A DNA stretch of 64,000 nucleotides from an uncultured virus (IMG/VR IMGVR_UViG_3300009702_000024) (taxonomy: Duplodnaviria > Heunggongvirae > Uroviricota > Caudoviricetes): IMG/VR virus record IMGVR_UViG_3300009702_000024; one strand, written 5' to 3'. Every line of letters starts with the position of its first letter. The first letter of the stretch is position 1. This document shows, one piece after another, positions 31,206 to 41,375 of the stretch. The position numbers and the translations under genes are program-made. The notes below the pieces were generated by a model. The model saw nothing but the letters and a program-made list of their open reading frames with translations. It had not been told where the DNA came from and ran no database searches.

Positions 31206-31604
31206 GTGGATGATACAAGTTTAACGTTTTCAGAATTAGTCAATCTTCTCATAGCAGAGCTTTCAAGTGTGAAACGTGCTATTATTAAGCTCACAGAATT
31301 CACAGAAAATTTGCTTCTTGAAAATAAAGCTACTCGGAATATTCATGCTGATCTTATGCGAATAATTCAAGAATTAAGTTTAGTTCAGAGCGAACTACCA
31401 AATTTACTTAATTCACTTGTATCTATGGTTGATGAAGTATCGCTTATGACAAATTCTATTCATTCTCCAATCGCAGAATTACGAGAAGAGAATAAAGTAC
31501 ATTACGATACAATTATTCAAAAAATCGTGGAAACTCAACAATTAATGAGTGAGAATTTCGCTAATGTTATTAGACGCTTAGATCAACATATAAATAATGA
31601 GTAG
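31206..31604 (+). CDS. Coiled-coil hypothetical protein
   Basis: Helical heptad pattern; AGGTGA RBS. Confidence 0.55.
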   Translation: MDDTSLTFSELVNLLIAELSSVKRAIIKLTEFTENLLLENKATRNIHADLMRIIQELSLVQSELPNLLNSLVSMVDEVSLMTNSIHSPIAELREENKVHYDTIIQKIVETQQLMSENFANVIRRLDQHINNE

Positions 31605-32349
31605 TAATAAACCAGATTTCAATTTAATTGAAGTTGGAAAAAAACTCTGGGGACTTTGGAACAATGAAGATCAATCAGTAGCTCTTTCTGCAACTTTTCT
31701 CACTGTGTCGTTTGCCATGTGGCTCTTCACTGACAAGTTACAAATTGTCTATGTTATAGGTTTAGGCTTTGTGTTTTTAGGTATGACGATAACTAAGCAT
31801 GTTGTAGATTACCACAATCGCAAAATGTTCTTAGACGAGCAAAGACTTTTAGCTGCAAACGCAAAAGAAAAAGCTGAAATCAATAAGCAGATGGAAATAA
31901 TTAGTTCCAAACATGATATTGCAGAAGAAGCAAGAGAAATTATTATAGAAGAGATAATTGAATACTTGGATAATGCACAAAATGAAGAGCAACATAAGTA
32001 CATCGACAATGGTGTTTTGAAACTTTATGCTCGAACTTTAAAACGCATGAAAGCTCATTCTTTTGAGCTTACGAGAGATGCTAAATTACCTTACAAGAAA
32101 TTTATAGATGCTTACTTCAAAGCAGAAAGTTATGAGATTTCAATAGATGATATTCCTCAAATATTGGATCTCAATCTTAACGAGAAAGACACAGAGAAAT
32201 TAAGACAGTCTATACAAGACAACAATCTTGAAAATGTGACGAAGAAAATTGAAGAGAGAACTGAGCAGATACAATCTACTAATCGAACAGCTGAAGAAGT
32301 GAATGAACAAAGTGCCAAACTTTTAGCTAAAGCTGAAGGTAAATTATAA
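31597..32349 (+). CDS. Membrane protein with two TM helices (holin/egress candidate)
   Basis: Two hydrophobic segments near aa 28-67, charged C-terminus. Confidence 0.5.
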   Translation: MSSNKPDFNLIEVGKKLWGLWNNEDQSVALSATFLTVSFAMWLFTDKLQIVYVIGLGFVFLGMTITKHVVDYHNRKMFLDEQRLLAANAKEKAEINKQMEIISSKHDIAEEAREIIIEEIIEYLDNAQNEEQHKYIDNGVLKLYARTLKRMKAHSFELTRDAKLPYKKFIDAYFKAESYEISIDDIPQILDLNLNEKDTEKLRQSIQDNNLENVTKKIEERTEQIQSTNRTAEEVNEQSAKLLAKAEGKL

Positions 32350-32350
32350 T

Positions 32351-32420
32351 TGTCGATTTGTGATGATTATTGATGACTATTGATCATTTGTGATGGTTAT
32401 TGATGACTATTGATGATTGT
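32351..32420. repeat. 10-bp-period tandem array (TGATGAYTAT) with 30-bp higher-order unit
   Basis: tgtcgatttg tgatgattat tgatgactat tgatcatttg tgatggttat tgatgactat tgatgattgt. Confidence 0.85.
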
Positions 32421-32643
32421 TGTTTATATGTTCATGATTTTCAATATAATGCCTATTTTCTAATGCATAAGTATCAAGTCTTTCTAATTTTTTACTTATA
32501 ATACTTATTTTCTCTGCTAAAACTTTTATAATTTCATTCTGATTATTCACCATTTTCATAGCCATCGTAATTCTATCCTCAGTCGATAGAACACTCGATG
32601 TAGTGTTCAATTTTAATTCTTTCGGAGTAGATTGTTCATTCAT
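32407..32643 (-). CDS. Small coiled-coil protein
   Basis: 78 aa ORF on opposite strand filling the gap. Confidence 0.55.
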   Translation of the reverse strand: MNEQSTPKELKLNTTSSVLSTEDRITMAMKMVNNQNEIIKVLAEKISIISKKLERLDTYALENRHYIENHEHINNNHQ

Positions 32644-32700
32644 ATAATTCTATTACCTATATATTTATTATTCTTTTTGGTGATGATATGTTGAAAGTGT

Positions 32701-33351
32701 ATGAATAATGAAAAAGATGTACAAATATCCAACAATCAACCATCAAAAATATCGGATATTCTTCGTTTTGATAGCGATGTCATGCTTATAGGTGAAAGTA
32801 ATAATGTTCTCGATTTAGGGGATTTTCTCTCTCCTCGTCTTATGCAATGTCAAAGATGTCCTTTAGATAGTAATCAGTGCTCTATGAGAGTAGAAAGAAA
32901 CGAAATAAAAAATTATCCGCATGGAGATGAGTGTAGAGTAGAGAGAGGTATGATTGTGACAACTGCACAATGGCTTGTGAGTCAAGGTGTGACGAATACT
33001 GATCTAATATTAGTGAACAATCTCATCAAAGCAATGATTGATGGTGATCGTATTAGCAGACTTGGAACAAGAGTAACCTTCACTCAATTCCGGGAGAAAG
33101 ATGACATGAATGTCATATCTAAATATATCACAATGTCTGCTCAAATAGACACTCGTATTCAAAAGGCATTGAAAGAACTTATGGCTACTCGTAAAGAGAA
33201 GCATATGATGAGGAAAAATACAAATTCAGTAGCTACAAATATGCGGCAGAAACTTGGTAGTAAGAAAGGATTGAATACATATGTAGTAGACACATCAGAA
33301 AACGATGAGATGATAATTGAAACAGAAGAACAAGTGGTAAAAAATGAGTAA
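32701..33351 (+). CDS. Putative terminase small subunit
   Basis: Overlaps large-subunit start; CQRC..C..C motif then helical region. Confidence 0.5.
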   Translation: MNNEKDVQISNNQPSKISDILRFDSDVMLIGESNNVLDLGDFLSPRLMQCQRCPLDSNQCSMRVERNEIKNYPHGDECRVERGMIVTTAQWLVSQGVTNTDLILVNNLIKAMIDGDRISRLGTRVTFTQFREKDDMNVISKYITMSAQIDTRIQKALKELMATRKEKHMMRKNTNSVATNMRQKLGSKKGLNTYVVDTSENDEMIIETEEQVVKNE

Positions 33352-34918
33352 TGTAGCATCGACCATGATAACCGAAGAAGCTCAAATAACTGATCTTTTT
33401 ATTAAAGAAGCTCAGAAAAGTCCAGTTTTATATTCTCAAAGAATGTTAAACATCAATCCATACTATTATCAAGAAGGATTTTTGGATGATCCATACCGTT
33501 TTAAGGCAGCATGTTTCTCAAGACAACTTGGAAAGACACACTCATTAGCAATAAAAGCATCACAAATCATCAACATGTTTCCAGAGTCTGAAGTTGGAAT
33601 TCTCGCTCAGAACGAAAGAAGAGCTTTTGAAATTTACAGAACTGTTAAAGCTCTTCAAATGATAAATCCAGTGCTCTCTACATATCTAAATCCACGACAA
33701 GATAAGAAATCAGAAATGATTTTAGACATTGGATCTAGGGTAACGTACTATGCAAGTGGAACAGATGGTAAGTCCATTCGTGGTTCAACCCTTGATTTTC
33801 TTCTCATAGATGAGGCAGATTTTATCCCAGATAGAGTTTACGAGGCAGCTCTTCCAACAATATCTGCCACGAATGGAGGAATTATGATGACAACAACTCC
33901 AAATATGGCATACACCATGTTCTATGAAATATTTATGGATGGATGGAATGCGAGAAAAAAATATAATGGGGATATGCCTCTTGAGGATAAAGAAAAACCT
34001 TACAAATATCCTATCGGCAGAAAATACAATTTCGCTTCCTACCACTACGATTATACTCATGGACTCAATGTCATCAATCCAAACACCGGTATGCCACAGA
34101 TTGACATCAAAGTAGTGAATATTCTCAAGCAAAAGAATTTTGACAAGTATGAGCGTGAGTACTTAGCATGGTGGTCAGCTGACTCATCAAGTTATATTTC
34201 AATGCAATCAATAGCTGCCGCTACAAAACCTAATAATGTCTGGTTGAAAAAACCATATACGAATGTCATGGGTCTTGATCTTGCAAGATTAAAAGACTAC
34301 ACTGCAATGGTAGCGACTCAGATTTCTGAGTCACAAGACAAAGCTATCATTTATGGATCACACAGAACAAATAAAAAAGATTGGGGACACATCTTCGCAG
34401 AAATCATCGAGTTCGCCAAATCCCACCGTATACAAATAATATATTACGACACGCAAAATGTCGGCGATGCAATAGGATACTGGTTGCACAGTTTATCCTC
34501 TCGTTTTAACTTCCATATAATTCCCGTAACTTTTGCTGCGGTGAAAAAAGCTGAAGGTTATGCAAATCTAAAAATGGCAATCAACACGGGAAGATTACTT
34601 ATACAGAGAAAGAATGAATTACTTATCAAAGAATTGACAAGACTCCAAGCTGAAAGATCAATATCTGGAGTGATAAAAATACATGCTCCAGAAGGTGAAT
34701 TTGATGATTTGGCTGACGCTGCAATGCTGTCATCTAAACCACTTAAGATGCCAGAAATAGGATCTCAAACTGAAACAGCTATAGATTACCATTCTAATTT
34801 CTTCGAAGAATTATATGACAAAGCTGAGACAAGATTGAACATGTCAGAGAGTATAGCTTTTTCCGTAGATAATACTGATGAAGATTTTCAACCATTCAAA
34901 CCATTGTATGAATTTTAA
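33344..34918 (+). CDS. terL: Terminase large subunit
   Basis: PYYYQ, SRQLGKT Walker A, LLIDEAD Walker B, TTTP, MGLDLA and DDLADA nuclease motifs. Confidence 0.95.
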   Translation: MSNVASTMITEEAQITDLFIKEAQKSPVLYSQRMLNINPYYYQEGFLDDPYRFKAACFSRQLGKTHSLAIKASQIINMFPESEVGILAQNERRAFEIYRTVKALQMINPVLSTYLNPRQDKKSEMILDIGSRVTYYASGTDGKSIRGSTLDFLLIDEADFIPDRVYEAALPTISATNGGIMMTTTPNMAYTMFYEIFMDGWNARKKYNGDMPLEDKEKPYKYPIGRKYNFASYHYDYTHGLNVINPNTGMPQIDIKVVNILKQKNFDKYEREYLAWWSADSSSYISMQSIAAATKPNNVWLKKPYTNVMGLDLARLKDYTAMVATQISESQDKAIIYGSHRTNKKDWGHIFAEIIEFAKSHRIQIIYYDTQNVGDAIGYWLHSLSSRFNFHIIPVTFAAVKKAEGYANLKMAINTGRLLIQRKNELLIKELTRLQAERSISGVIKIHAPEGEFDDLADAAMLSSKPLKMPEIGSQTETAIDYHSNFFEELYDKAETRLNMSESIAFSVDNTDEDFQPFKPLYEF

Positions 34919-37368
34919 AGTTGGACAACTCCAAAAAGACGAGCGACATTCAATGAGCCACCAGCAGAAATAGATGCTTTTACATCGCCACCAGTTAAAG
35001 TGACTGGATTTTGAACTGCCAATCTAATATAAAGTGATTGTCCATCCAATCCTTGATTTGAAATAGCATTTATCACATCAGTAATAGTTACAGTCACACT
35101 AGTCGTTTGACCGGGAGTAAATGTGTTACCACTTATAGACGCTTCTGCAACTACATCACTTATTGAAGGAGCACCTCCCCATTTCATAAGTAGAAGTGCT
35201 TTAGATGTTAGAGGCAAACCAAATATCTCACCAGTTCCGATGTACTCAACTTTTAGAGTCCAATTTGATGTGAAACTGTGAACTCGAAGATATTTTGTTC
35301 CAAAAAGTTGTATAATACTAGAAGGATATAATTGGAAAGTAGCACCAAAAGTATCCGATGACGAAGAAGATTGTATTGGAGATATACTCGTTATTGCAAT
35401 CTGCTGTCGAGACTCAGACTCAATGGAGAATTTTGAGGAGTTCAACGTTGTCAGTCCATTCTCGTCTATTGTTATAGCTCCACTCATTGATCGAAATATA
35501 GGATTTCCACTTGGCTGTCCTATGAGAATCTGCGTGGAACCCGGAACATTTGACTCTGCTATGGATCCAGTTCCATTACCAAACAAGACACTTTTTGACG
35601 AAAGAGTTGTTTTTCCAGTACCACCTTTTGAGACTGTGAGTGTTCCAGTATGATCAGAACTACTAATATCGTGTTGTTGAGAATGGTGGTCATTAGGAGT
35701 AATACCATTCAAATTAGAATGTGTTATTTGACCGCCACCAATAGAATTTGAATGATCATGTTGAGCATTCGTGAAATTCGCTATAGTGGGTGTCACAAGA
35801 GTCTTGTTGGAAAGAATTTGTATAGCGTTGAGGAGAACGACAGTCCCATTTGTGGGGATTGTAATTGTTGCTGATGACGAGGAAGCTATGGGAGACAAAT
35901 CAAATGATAAACTTTTGTCATTCGTTATATCTTTTATTACCATTGTCGATACATCTAAAGTTTTATTTTTCAAAGTCTCAGCTAATTCTACAAAGGATAC
36001 CGTTTCAGTACCGGTGAATGTAGGAAATTTCACAGTGACATTTGACACCAATTCAGAAGGTTGAATAGTATAAGTATTGTCACCAGACACATCCTTCAAA
36101 TTAGGAGTGACCAAAAAAGCAGAATTGAGAGTTTTATTAGTGAGTGTTTGTGTATATGTAGAAAAGACAAAAGTATCTGATCCACTCAATTGAGGTAATT
36201 GAATAGAGACATCATTACTCAAATTAGAAGTCGTCATAGTGTAGTAATGAGTTCCATTATCTTTTATTTTCATTCCACCAACAATAGGATCAGTTAGCTC
36301 TTTGTTGGTAAGTGTCTGCGTATGATTAGCAAAAACAATAGTATCATCTGTAGTTAATAGTGGAAATATAACTTGTCTATCAGCTGTAAGTTCTGATGGT
36401 ACGAAATTGTATGTATTATTTCCAGAAGTATCCTTCAATTTAAGAAGTGATACTGTAGGAGTTGTAAATTCTTTATTCGTCAATGTCTGAACAGCATCAA
36501 CAGACACCATTGCATCTGATCCAGTAGGAATAGCATGTGTATTAAGAGAAATAATATTTTGAAGCTCTTTGAGTGAAGATATAACAACTGTATTTCCAAC
36601 ACTAAATTGTGACGCTGCAAACGACATGAATGAGTCATCCAGAGACCCTTCATTTCTTACTTGAACTTCTCCATTCACATTTCTCAGACTTGTTTCTTGG
36701 GAACTTACCGATTGATCTTTTAATCGTAATCTATTAATAAATTCCATTCCGAGTTTGTTTACAACTGCTACATCTTGCAGTTCAACTGAACCAGCTGCAA
36801 GAATAATTTGACTGTAACTCGATCCATCGGGAGATGTAGGAGGTGCTATTAAACCCACTCTAAATTGATTAGAAATAACATTATAATTTTCTGTTATAGA
36901 TGGTATGCCACTCGTGACATATATTTTAGCAAGTACTATTTCTGAAGCAGAAGCAGTATAACCAATTGTTGAAAGTAACACGACAGATGCATTTTCTAAT
37001 TCGGGATCTCTGCTATCTCCATCAGTCAAATCAGAGGTTTGAAGAATAACATAATAATCGCCATCTAAAAATGAAGATGCATCTATTTGTTCAAGAGCAT
37101 CCACTTCAACCCATCTGCCATTGATAATAGCATACCCAATCGCAACTTCCACAAATGTACCATTTATAGTTACACCGAGTCCTTCTCTCGGCATAGTAGG
37201 TAAAATTCTTTTGTTCATATCTTGCATCAAACGAACAAAAGATTTTGATACTGAGCGTGTCGTATTTCCCCCAGCATAATTTACATCTTGTGTGACAATT
37301 TTCGCTCCTACTGATTTGTTTGGATCGTATCTAAGTATGTGTAAATTAGGAATTATATCAACTGTCAT
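34915..37368 (-). CDS. Tail fibre protein
   Basis: Baseplate-anchor N-terminus (VAIGYAIING), repeated QTLTNK units, HDH/HSQQH motifs, GGTG fibre motif. Confidence 0.7.
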   Translation of the reverse strand: MTVDIIPNLHILRYDPNKSVGAKIVTQDVNYAGGNTTRSVSKSFVRLMQDMNKRILPTMPREGLGVTINGTFVEVAIGYAIINGRWVEVDALEQIDASSFLDGDYYVILQTSDLTDGDSRDPELENASVVLLSTIGYTASASEIVLAKIYVTSGIPSITENYNVISNQFRVGLIAPPTSPDGSSYSQIILAAGSVELQDVAVVNKLGMEFINRLRLKDQSVSSQETSLRNVNGEVQVRNEGSLDDSFMSFAASQFSVGNTVVISSLKELQNIISLNTHAIPTGSDAMVSVDAVQTLTNKEFTTPTVSLLKLKDTSGNNTYNFVPSELTADRQVIFPLLTTDDTIVFANHTQTLTNKELTDPIVGGMKIKDNGTHYYTMTTSNLSNDVSIQLPQLSGSDTFVFSTYTQTLTNKTLNSAFLVTPNLKDVSGDNTYTIQPSELVSNVTVKFPTFTGTETVSFVELAETLKNKTLDVSTMVIKDITNDKSLSFDLSPIASSSSATITIPTNGTVVLLNAIQILSNKTLVTPTIANFTNAQHDHSNSIGGGQITHSNLNGITPNDHHSQQHDISSSDHTGTLTVSKGGTGKTTLSSKSVLFGNGTGSIAESNVPGSTQILIGQPSGNPIFRSMSGAITIDENGLTTLNSSKFSIESESRQQIAITSISPIQSSSSSDTFGATFQLYPSSIIQLFGTKYLRVHSFTSNWTLKVEYIGTGEIFGLPLTSKALLLMKWGGAPSISDVVAEASISGNTFTPGQTTSVTVTITDVINAISNQGLDGQSLYIRLAVQNPVTLTGGDVKASISAGGSLNVARLFGVVQL

Positions 37369-38021
37369 AATGTCAACTCCAATTTAAAATTAGAACCCAC
37401 TGGTTTAAATAGTTTGACTAGATCTTCAATTTTTGTATAATTTTTTGATTTTATCCAGTATTCATAATTGAGAGGATCCACATCAGAACCAGAATTGGGA
37501 AATGTTATTTTTACCACGAATGTCTCACTTGGAGAAGTGTTTTTATCAGCCCACGTTCCATTCGTGGAATAATTGGCTGGACTTGCCACTGTCGGAGCTG
37601 TAGCATCGTCCCACTGATAAAAATCTGCATTGGTAATAAAATCAATATTTCTATCATCTCCATTCAAAGTAAACGACAGTAATGACATTAAAACTATTTT
37701 AATACTTTTCTCACTTTGACCTCCATATGCTCTTGCTGAATTGATAGCATCAAGTCTATTCAAATAATCTTGGTCGCTATCTTCTGGAAAACGAGGAAGT
37801 GTTATCAAATTACTAAGAAAACGAGTGTACCATGTCACTGACTTACCATCAATCCAAACATCTGAAATATCCACATTATTCTTTTTTACATCGTAATACG
37901 TCTCGAACGAAGCAAGTATTTGAAAAAGATTAGAGTATGGAAATCCACCGACTTCAGTAGGCAAGAAACTATTATAATAGTATCTTGAAAACACTGTTTC
38001 TATAAGTTCTGTCTCTGTCAT
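37365..38021 (-). CDS. Baseplate wedge protein (gpI-like)
   Basis: LPRFPEDSDQDYLNRL and LVKLFKPVG motifs; between J-like gene and fibre. Confidence 0.65.
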   Translation of the reverse strand: MTETELIETVFSRYYYNSFLPTEVGGFPYSNLFQILASFETYYDVKKNNVDISDVWIDGKSVTWYTRFLSNLITLPRFPEDSDQDYLNRLDAINSARAYGGQSEKSIKIVLMSLLSFTLNGDDRNIDFITNADFYQWDDATAPTVASPANYSTNGTWADKNTSPSETFVVKITFPNSGSDVDPLNYEYWIKSKNYTKIEDLVKLFKPVGSNFKLELTL

Positions 38022-38025
38022 AATA

Positions 38026-40287
38026 TCATCTCACATCATCAGTGAATAGATTAAACGTAAGATTAATCTTTCTTGTTCGTACTATCTCTGGGAAAAATGA
38101 TCTACTCGAAATAGAAATTCTCTCGTAAGCTTTTTGATTAGTGTACTTGTGAAATGTCTCGTAGACTACTCTATAAAATTTCTCTTCCCAAGTTCCATCG
38201 ACATTACCCGGTACTGACTCCAAATACCCATCGGCATATAATTTTGGATTGAATGGAATGTTCTGAAAAGTGTTGTCTGCAAGTAATTTAGTCGTTCCAA
38301 TTCCAGATTGATGTTTTATAATGAGCCAGTATGTCTTCGTCTCTGGTGTAAGACTGAGAGTTGAAGAGAACTCAGCTGTATAAGTTTGAGGATTACCATT
38401 CGTATCAGTAAGTACAATAGCTGTCTGAGAACCAGTGACGAGCGTAGCTGTATTTGGATCTGAACCTTCTCGTATTTCTAAATTCACAATATTGTTAAGA
38501 TTTCCTTGTAATTTCACTCTAATCCCATCTATAGTTCTATCATCAAAGCTGTTGTAATTAATAATCAAGTCAGTTGGATTGATAAGACTTGTATTATCGA
38601 ATGTCACAGAAGTCGTGTCAGAAGTGAGATAGAAATTTGTACGATCAAGCGGAGACTCACGAGGGTGTGCATTGTAGTCGAGAACTTGTTTATGCACTGT
38701 TGGTGATATTCTATTATCTATTGGTGGTTGTAATACAGTAGCGGTAGATGTCGTTGTATACTGGAAATTTTCTTTCACTTCACTACTATTGAAAAACAAT
38801 TGTACCGCTATTTGATTTCTCTCTGTTGGAACTAAACTATCATCGAAAATATCAATAAAATCATTAGTAATTGGTTCTGAAGAATATTCGACAACTGTTA
38901 CATTGTTTATAAGAGCATCTTTGACTTCAATAGATGATCGTACCAATGCTAAGAGAGTTGAAGGTATCAAATCCTCACCAATTTCTTTACCATCTATGAG
39001 ATCAGTTATAGATGCAGTTATTTGATCTGTAATATTTGTCGGGTTCTGAATAGTAGCTTGGTTCACAAAAAGTTCCATATCGACTGTTATGAACAAATTC
39101 ATGACTTGTTGTACACTTATATCAGCTCCCACTGGAGCAACTAAATTTGCACTGTCAAATATTAAACTAAGATCAGCATCAGAAAAAGTTGAACCCGATT
39201 GAGGAGAGACATACACATGAGCAATATTCTTAGGTATACCTTTCCGGGTCGTTATATCGTGAACGACAGCACTATTCACTATTCCAGTATCAAGCACTGC
39301 ACTTTCCACAGTAGCAAAAGAAGAAGAAGTGACTGTTTTAAAAGCTAATTGAATTCTATTACGTAAACTGCTATCAGTTTCCTCATCCTTCCCATTGTCA
39401 AATAAATTGTCATTCCCATTTTCATCAATAGGAGGATTGCTAACTACTACTAAAGGATCGATAGAAGAAGAAAGTAAATTGTCTGTAAATCCTCCAATAA
39501 TTGAAAAAGAACCTATATTAAATTGAGAACCAGCTTCTACAGCTATGACATCAATGAATGATGTTGCTCCAATAGCTACTGATCCAGATCCCGAAATTGA
39601 TTTAAATTGAATATACCCAGATCCCGATGCAGCTACAAATCTTGTATTCCCAGTTATCACAAATTGATTAGTCGAACCATTGACAATTCTTACTTTCCCA
39701 GTCGTGAATTCAGCACTATTTCTTGTCAAACCTACAATAGTTGCTAATCTATCGAGATCTTCTCCTCCTTGATTTATACCAAAATTATCAATAGATTTTG
39801 CTATTTGAGAAAGAAAACTTTGACTATTTTGTAGAATACTTGATAGAATAAGATTAAAGAATGAATTACTCGCTAAATTTGTTATAACCGGTCTCATGTT
39901 AGGATTTTGCCATCTATACATGACATAAACTTCTGACGAGTCTTGGAAAGTAAAATCAGTAATTGTTATGCCAGAATAAACTTGTTTTCCAGACGATCTT
40001 CCATAACCATCAGCTACAATTTCTGGAGAAGTATAATTGTCAAATAATGTCCAATCAACTCCTTCGGTTAGATCTTCAGTGTACTTATAATTCCCATCGA
40101 AACCACGTCCTTCGATGGAAACTATTTCTATAATTCTTTCATCGTTGTTTTTAAAACCATTGAGAATATAATTAGTAACTCCAAGTTTATAATTTATAAT
40201 ACCGAAACTTGTTATCAAACTATTTTGCAAAGTCTGTCTAAACTGTTCGACAATTGTACTCAGACTTGTATCATTTATTCTTACCAT
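38026..40287 (-). CDS. Baseplate J-like wedge protein
   Basis: GEDLDRLATIVGLTR, VIAVEAGSQFN, GKDEETDSSLRNRI. Confidence 0.9.
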   Translation of the reverse strand: MVRINDTSLSTIVEQFRQTLQNSLITSFGIINYKLGVTNYILNGFKNNDERIIEIVSIEGRGFDGNYKYTEDLTEGVDWTLFDNYTSPEIVADGYGRSSGKQVYSGITITDFTFQDSSEVYVMYRWQNPNMRPVITNLASNSFFNLILSSILQNSQSFLSQIAKSIDNFGINQGGEDLDRLATIVGLTRNSAEFTTGKVRIVNGSTNQFVITGNTRFVAASGSGYIQFKSISGSGSVAIGATSFIDVIAVEAGSQFNIGSFSIIGGFTDNLLSSSIDPLVVVSNPPIDENGNDNLFDNGKDEETDSSLRNRIQLAFKTVTSSSFATVESAVLDTGIVNSAVVHDITTRKGIPKNIAHVYVSPQSGSTFSDADLSLIFDSANLVAPVGADISVQQVMNLFITVDMELFVNQATIQNPTNITDQITASITDLIDGKEIGEDLIPSTLLALVRSSIEVKDALINNVTVVEYSSEPITNDFIDIFDDSLVPTERNQIAVQLFFNSSEVKENFQYTTTSTATVLQPPIDNRISPTVHKQVLDYNAHPRESPLDRTNFYLTSDTTSVTFDNTSLINPTDLIINYNSFDDRTIDGIRVKLQGNLNNIVNLEIREGSDPNTATLVTGSQTAIVLTDTNGNPQTYTAEFSSTLSLTPETKTYWLIIKHQSGIGTTKLLADNTFQNIPFNPKLYADGYLESVPGNVDGTWEEKFYRVVYETFHKYTNQKAYERISISSRSFFPEIVRTRKINLTFNLFTDDVR

Positions 40288-40289
40288 TT

Positions 40290-40787
40290 CTACACAACCA
40301 ATGTATGTGACACTCTATCTCCAAGTATATTTACAAGGTCAAAAAATGTTACTAATTCGTCTTGGACAATTTTTGGATTATCTGTGTAATCTTCTACTCG
40401 TAAATTACTAATATTTTTTACAAAAGGAGATTGAGTAGCTGCCAAAAGCATAATTGCCTCAAGACTATCTTTAGTTAAATTTTTCTTACTCGTGTGTCCT
40501 CCAAAATTTCTATCGATGACAGAACTCCCTTGAGATATAGTTATACGAGAGAGGAAATCTTGAAAGACCAAATCGTTTATTTTAGACAGAGATGTATTCC
40601 ACCAAAATCCTACAACTTTTATATCTCCACCTTCAACATCTAGATCCATGATGTCTGAAGTTTTTTCACTGTTTATGCTGAACGCAATATCTGGTGGAAA
40701 AGCATTCTCATATGCTTGGAGAAGGGCTAATATATCAGCATTGAAAATATCTTTTATCTCGTCAGCAACTAAATCTACTATTGTCAT
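40290..40787 (-). CDS. Putative gp25/W-like baseplate protein
   Basis: ISQGS..DRNFGG motif; directly upstream of J-like gene. Confidence 0.55.
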   Translation of the reverse strand: MTIVDLVADEIKDIFNADILALLQAYENAFPPDIAFSINSEKTSDIMDLDVEGGDIKVVGFWWNTSLSKINDLVFQDFLSRITISQGSSVIDRNFGGHTSKKNLTKDSLEAIMLLAATQSPFVKNISNLRVEDYTDNPKIVQDELVTFFDLVNILGDRVSHTLVV

Positions 40788-40802
40788 AATAAACCTCTAT
40801 AT

Positions 40803-41369
40803 TTATGAAATAGGTATCTTCTCTCTAAAATTTTGTGGTTTCAATGGATGTATCACGATTTTTTTTCCACCATCTAATTTTACGAGATAGAGCTTATTTT
40901 CCAGTATCATCGTGTCTATAGTTTTTTCCCACGTATGGTGGGGATACACTTCTGGAAGTAGAGAAATAAGCTTAGTGCTGAAAATTGGACAATCGTATTT
41001 CCACAGTTCTTCTAATATATAATATTCAGCTGATTTCTTCATAGATTTCGTTTTCTGTTTTTTCAAATATTTGTTCTTTGCCCGATCATTACTTTTCTCG
41101 TCATCCATTAAAATAGAAATCTGTGATGATCCAGAAGCCATTTTCTTAATTTTTTTATACTGCTTATCAGTAAATTGATACTGTGCATATTGCATAATTT
41201 TCCTATTCCATATACTCTCTATCAATTTTTCTTTCATAAGAAACCCTACAGCTTTTTCAACTTGTCTGAATTCCAGATTTAATTCTTCAGCAAGAAATTT
41301 AATAGTAAACGAGCGAGTATAATTGTTAATAAAATAATGAAGTACTTTATCTCTAATTGTACTCGACAC
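40803..41369 (-). CDS. Winged-helix DNA-binding protein
   Basis: FTIKFLAEELNLEFRQVEKAVGFLMKEKLI. Confidence 0.65.
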   Translation of the reverse strand: MSSTIRDKVLHYFINNYTRSFTIKFLAEELNLEFRQVEKAVGFLMKEKLIESIWNRKIMQYAQYQFTDKQYKKIKKMASGSSQISILMDDEKSNDRAKNKYLKKQKTKSMKKSAEYYILEELWKYDCPIFSTKLISLLPEVYPHHTWEKTIDTMILENKLYLVKLDGGKKIVIHPLKPQNFREKIPIS

Positions 41370-41375
41370 AACACA

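Noticed and set aside
32351..32420. Mini-CRISPR or C/D box RNA (TGATGA motifs)
   Set aside because: Contiguous 10-bp units with no spacers and no suitably placed CTGA D box.
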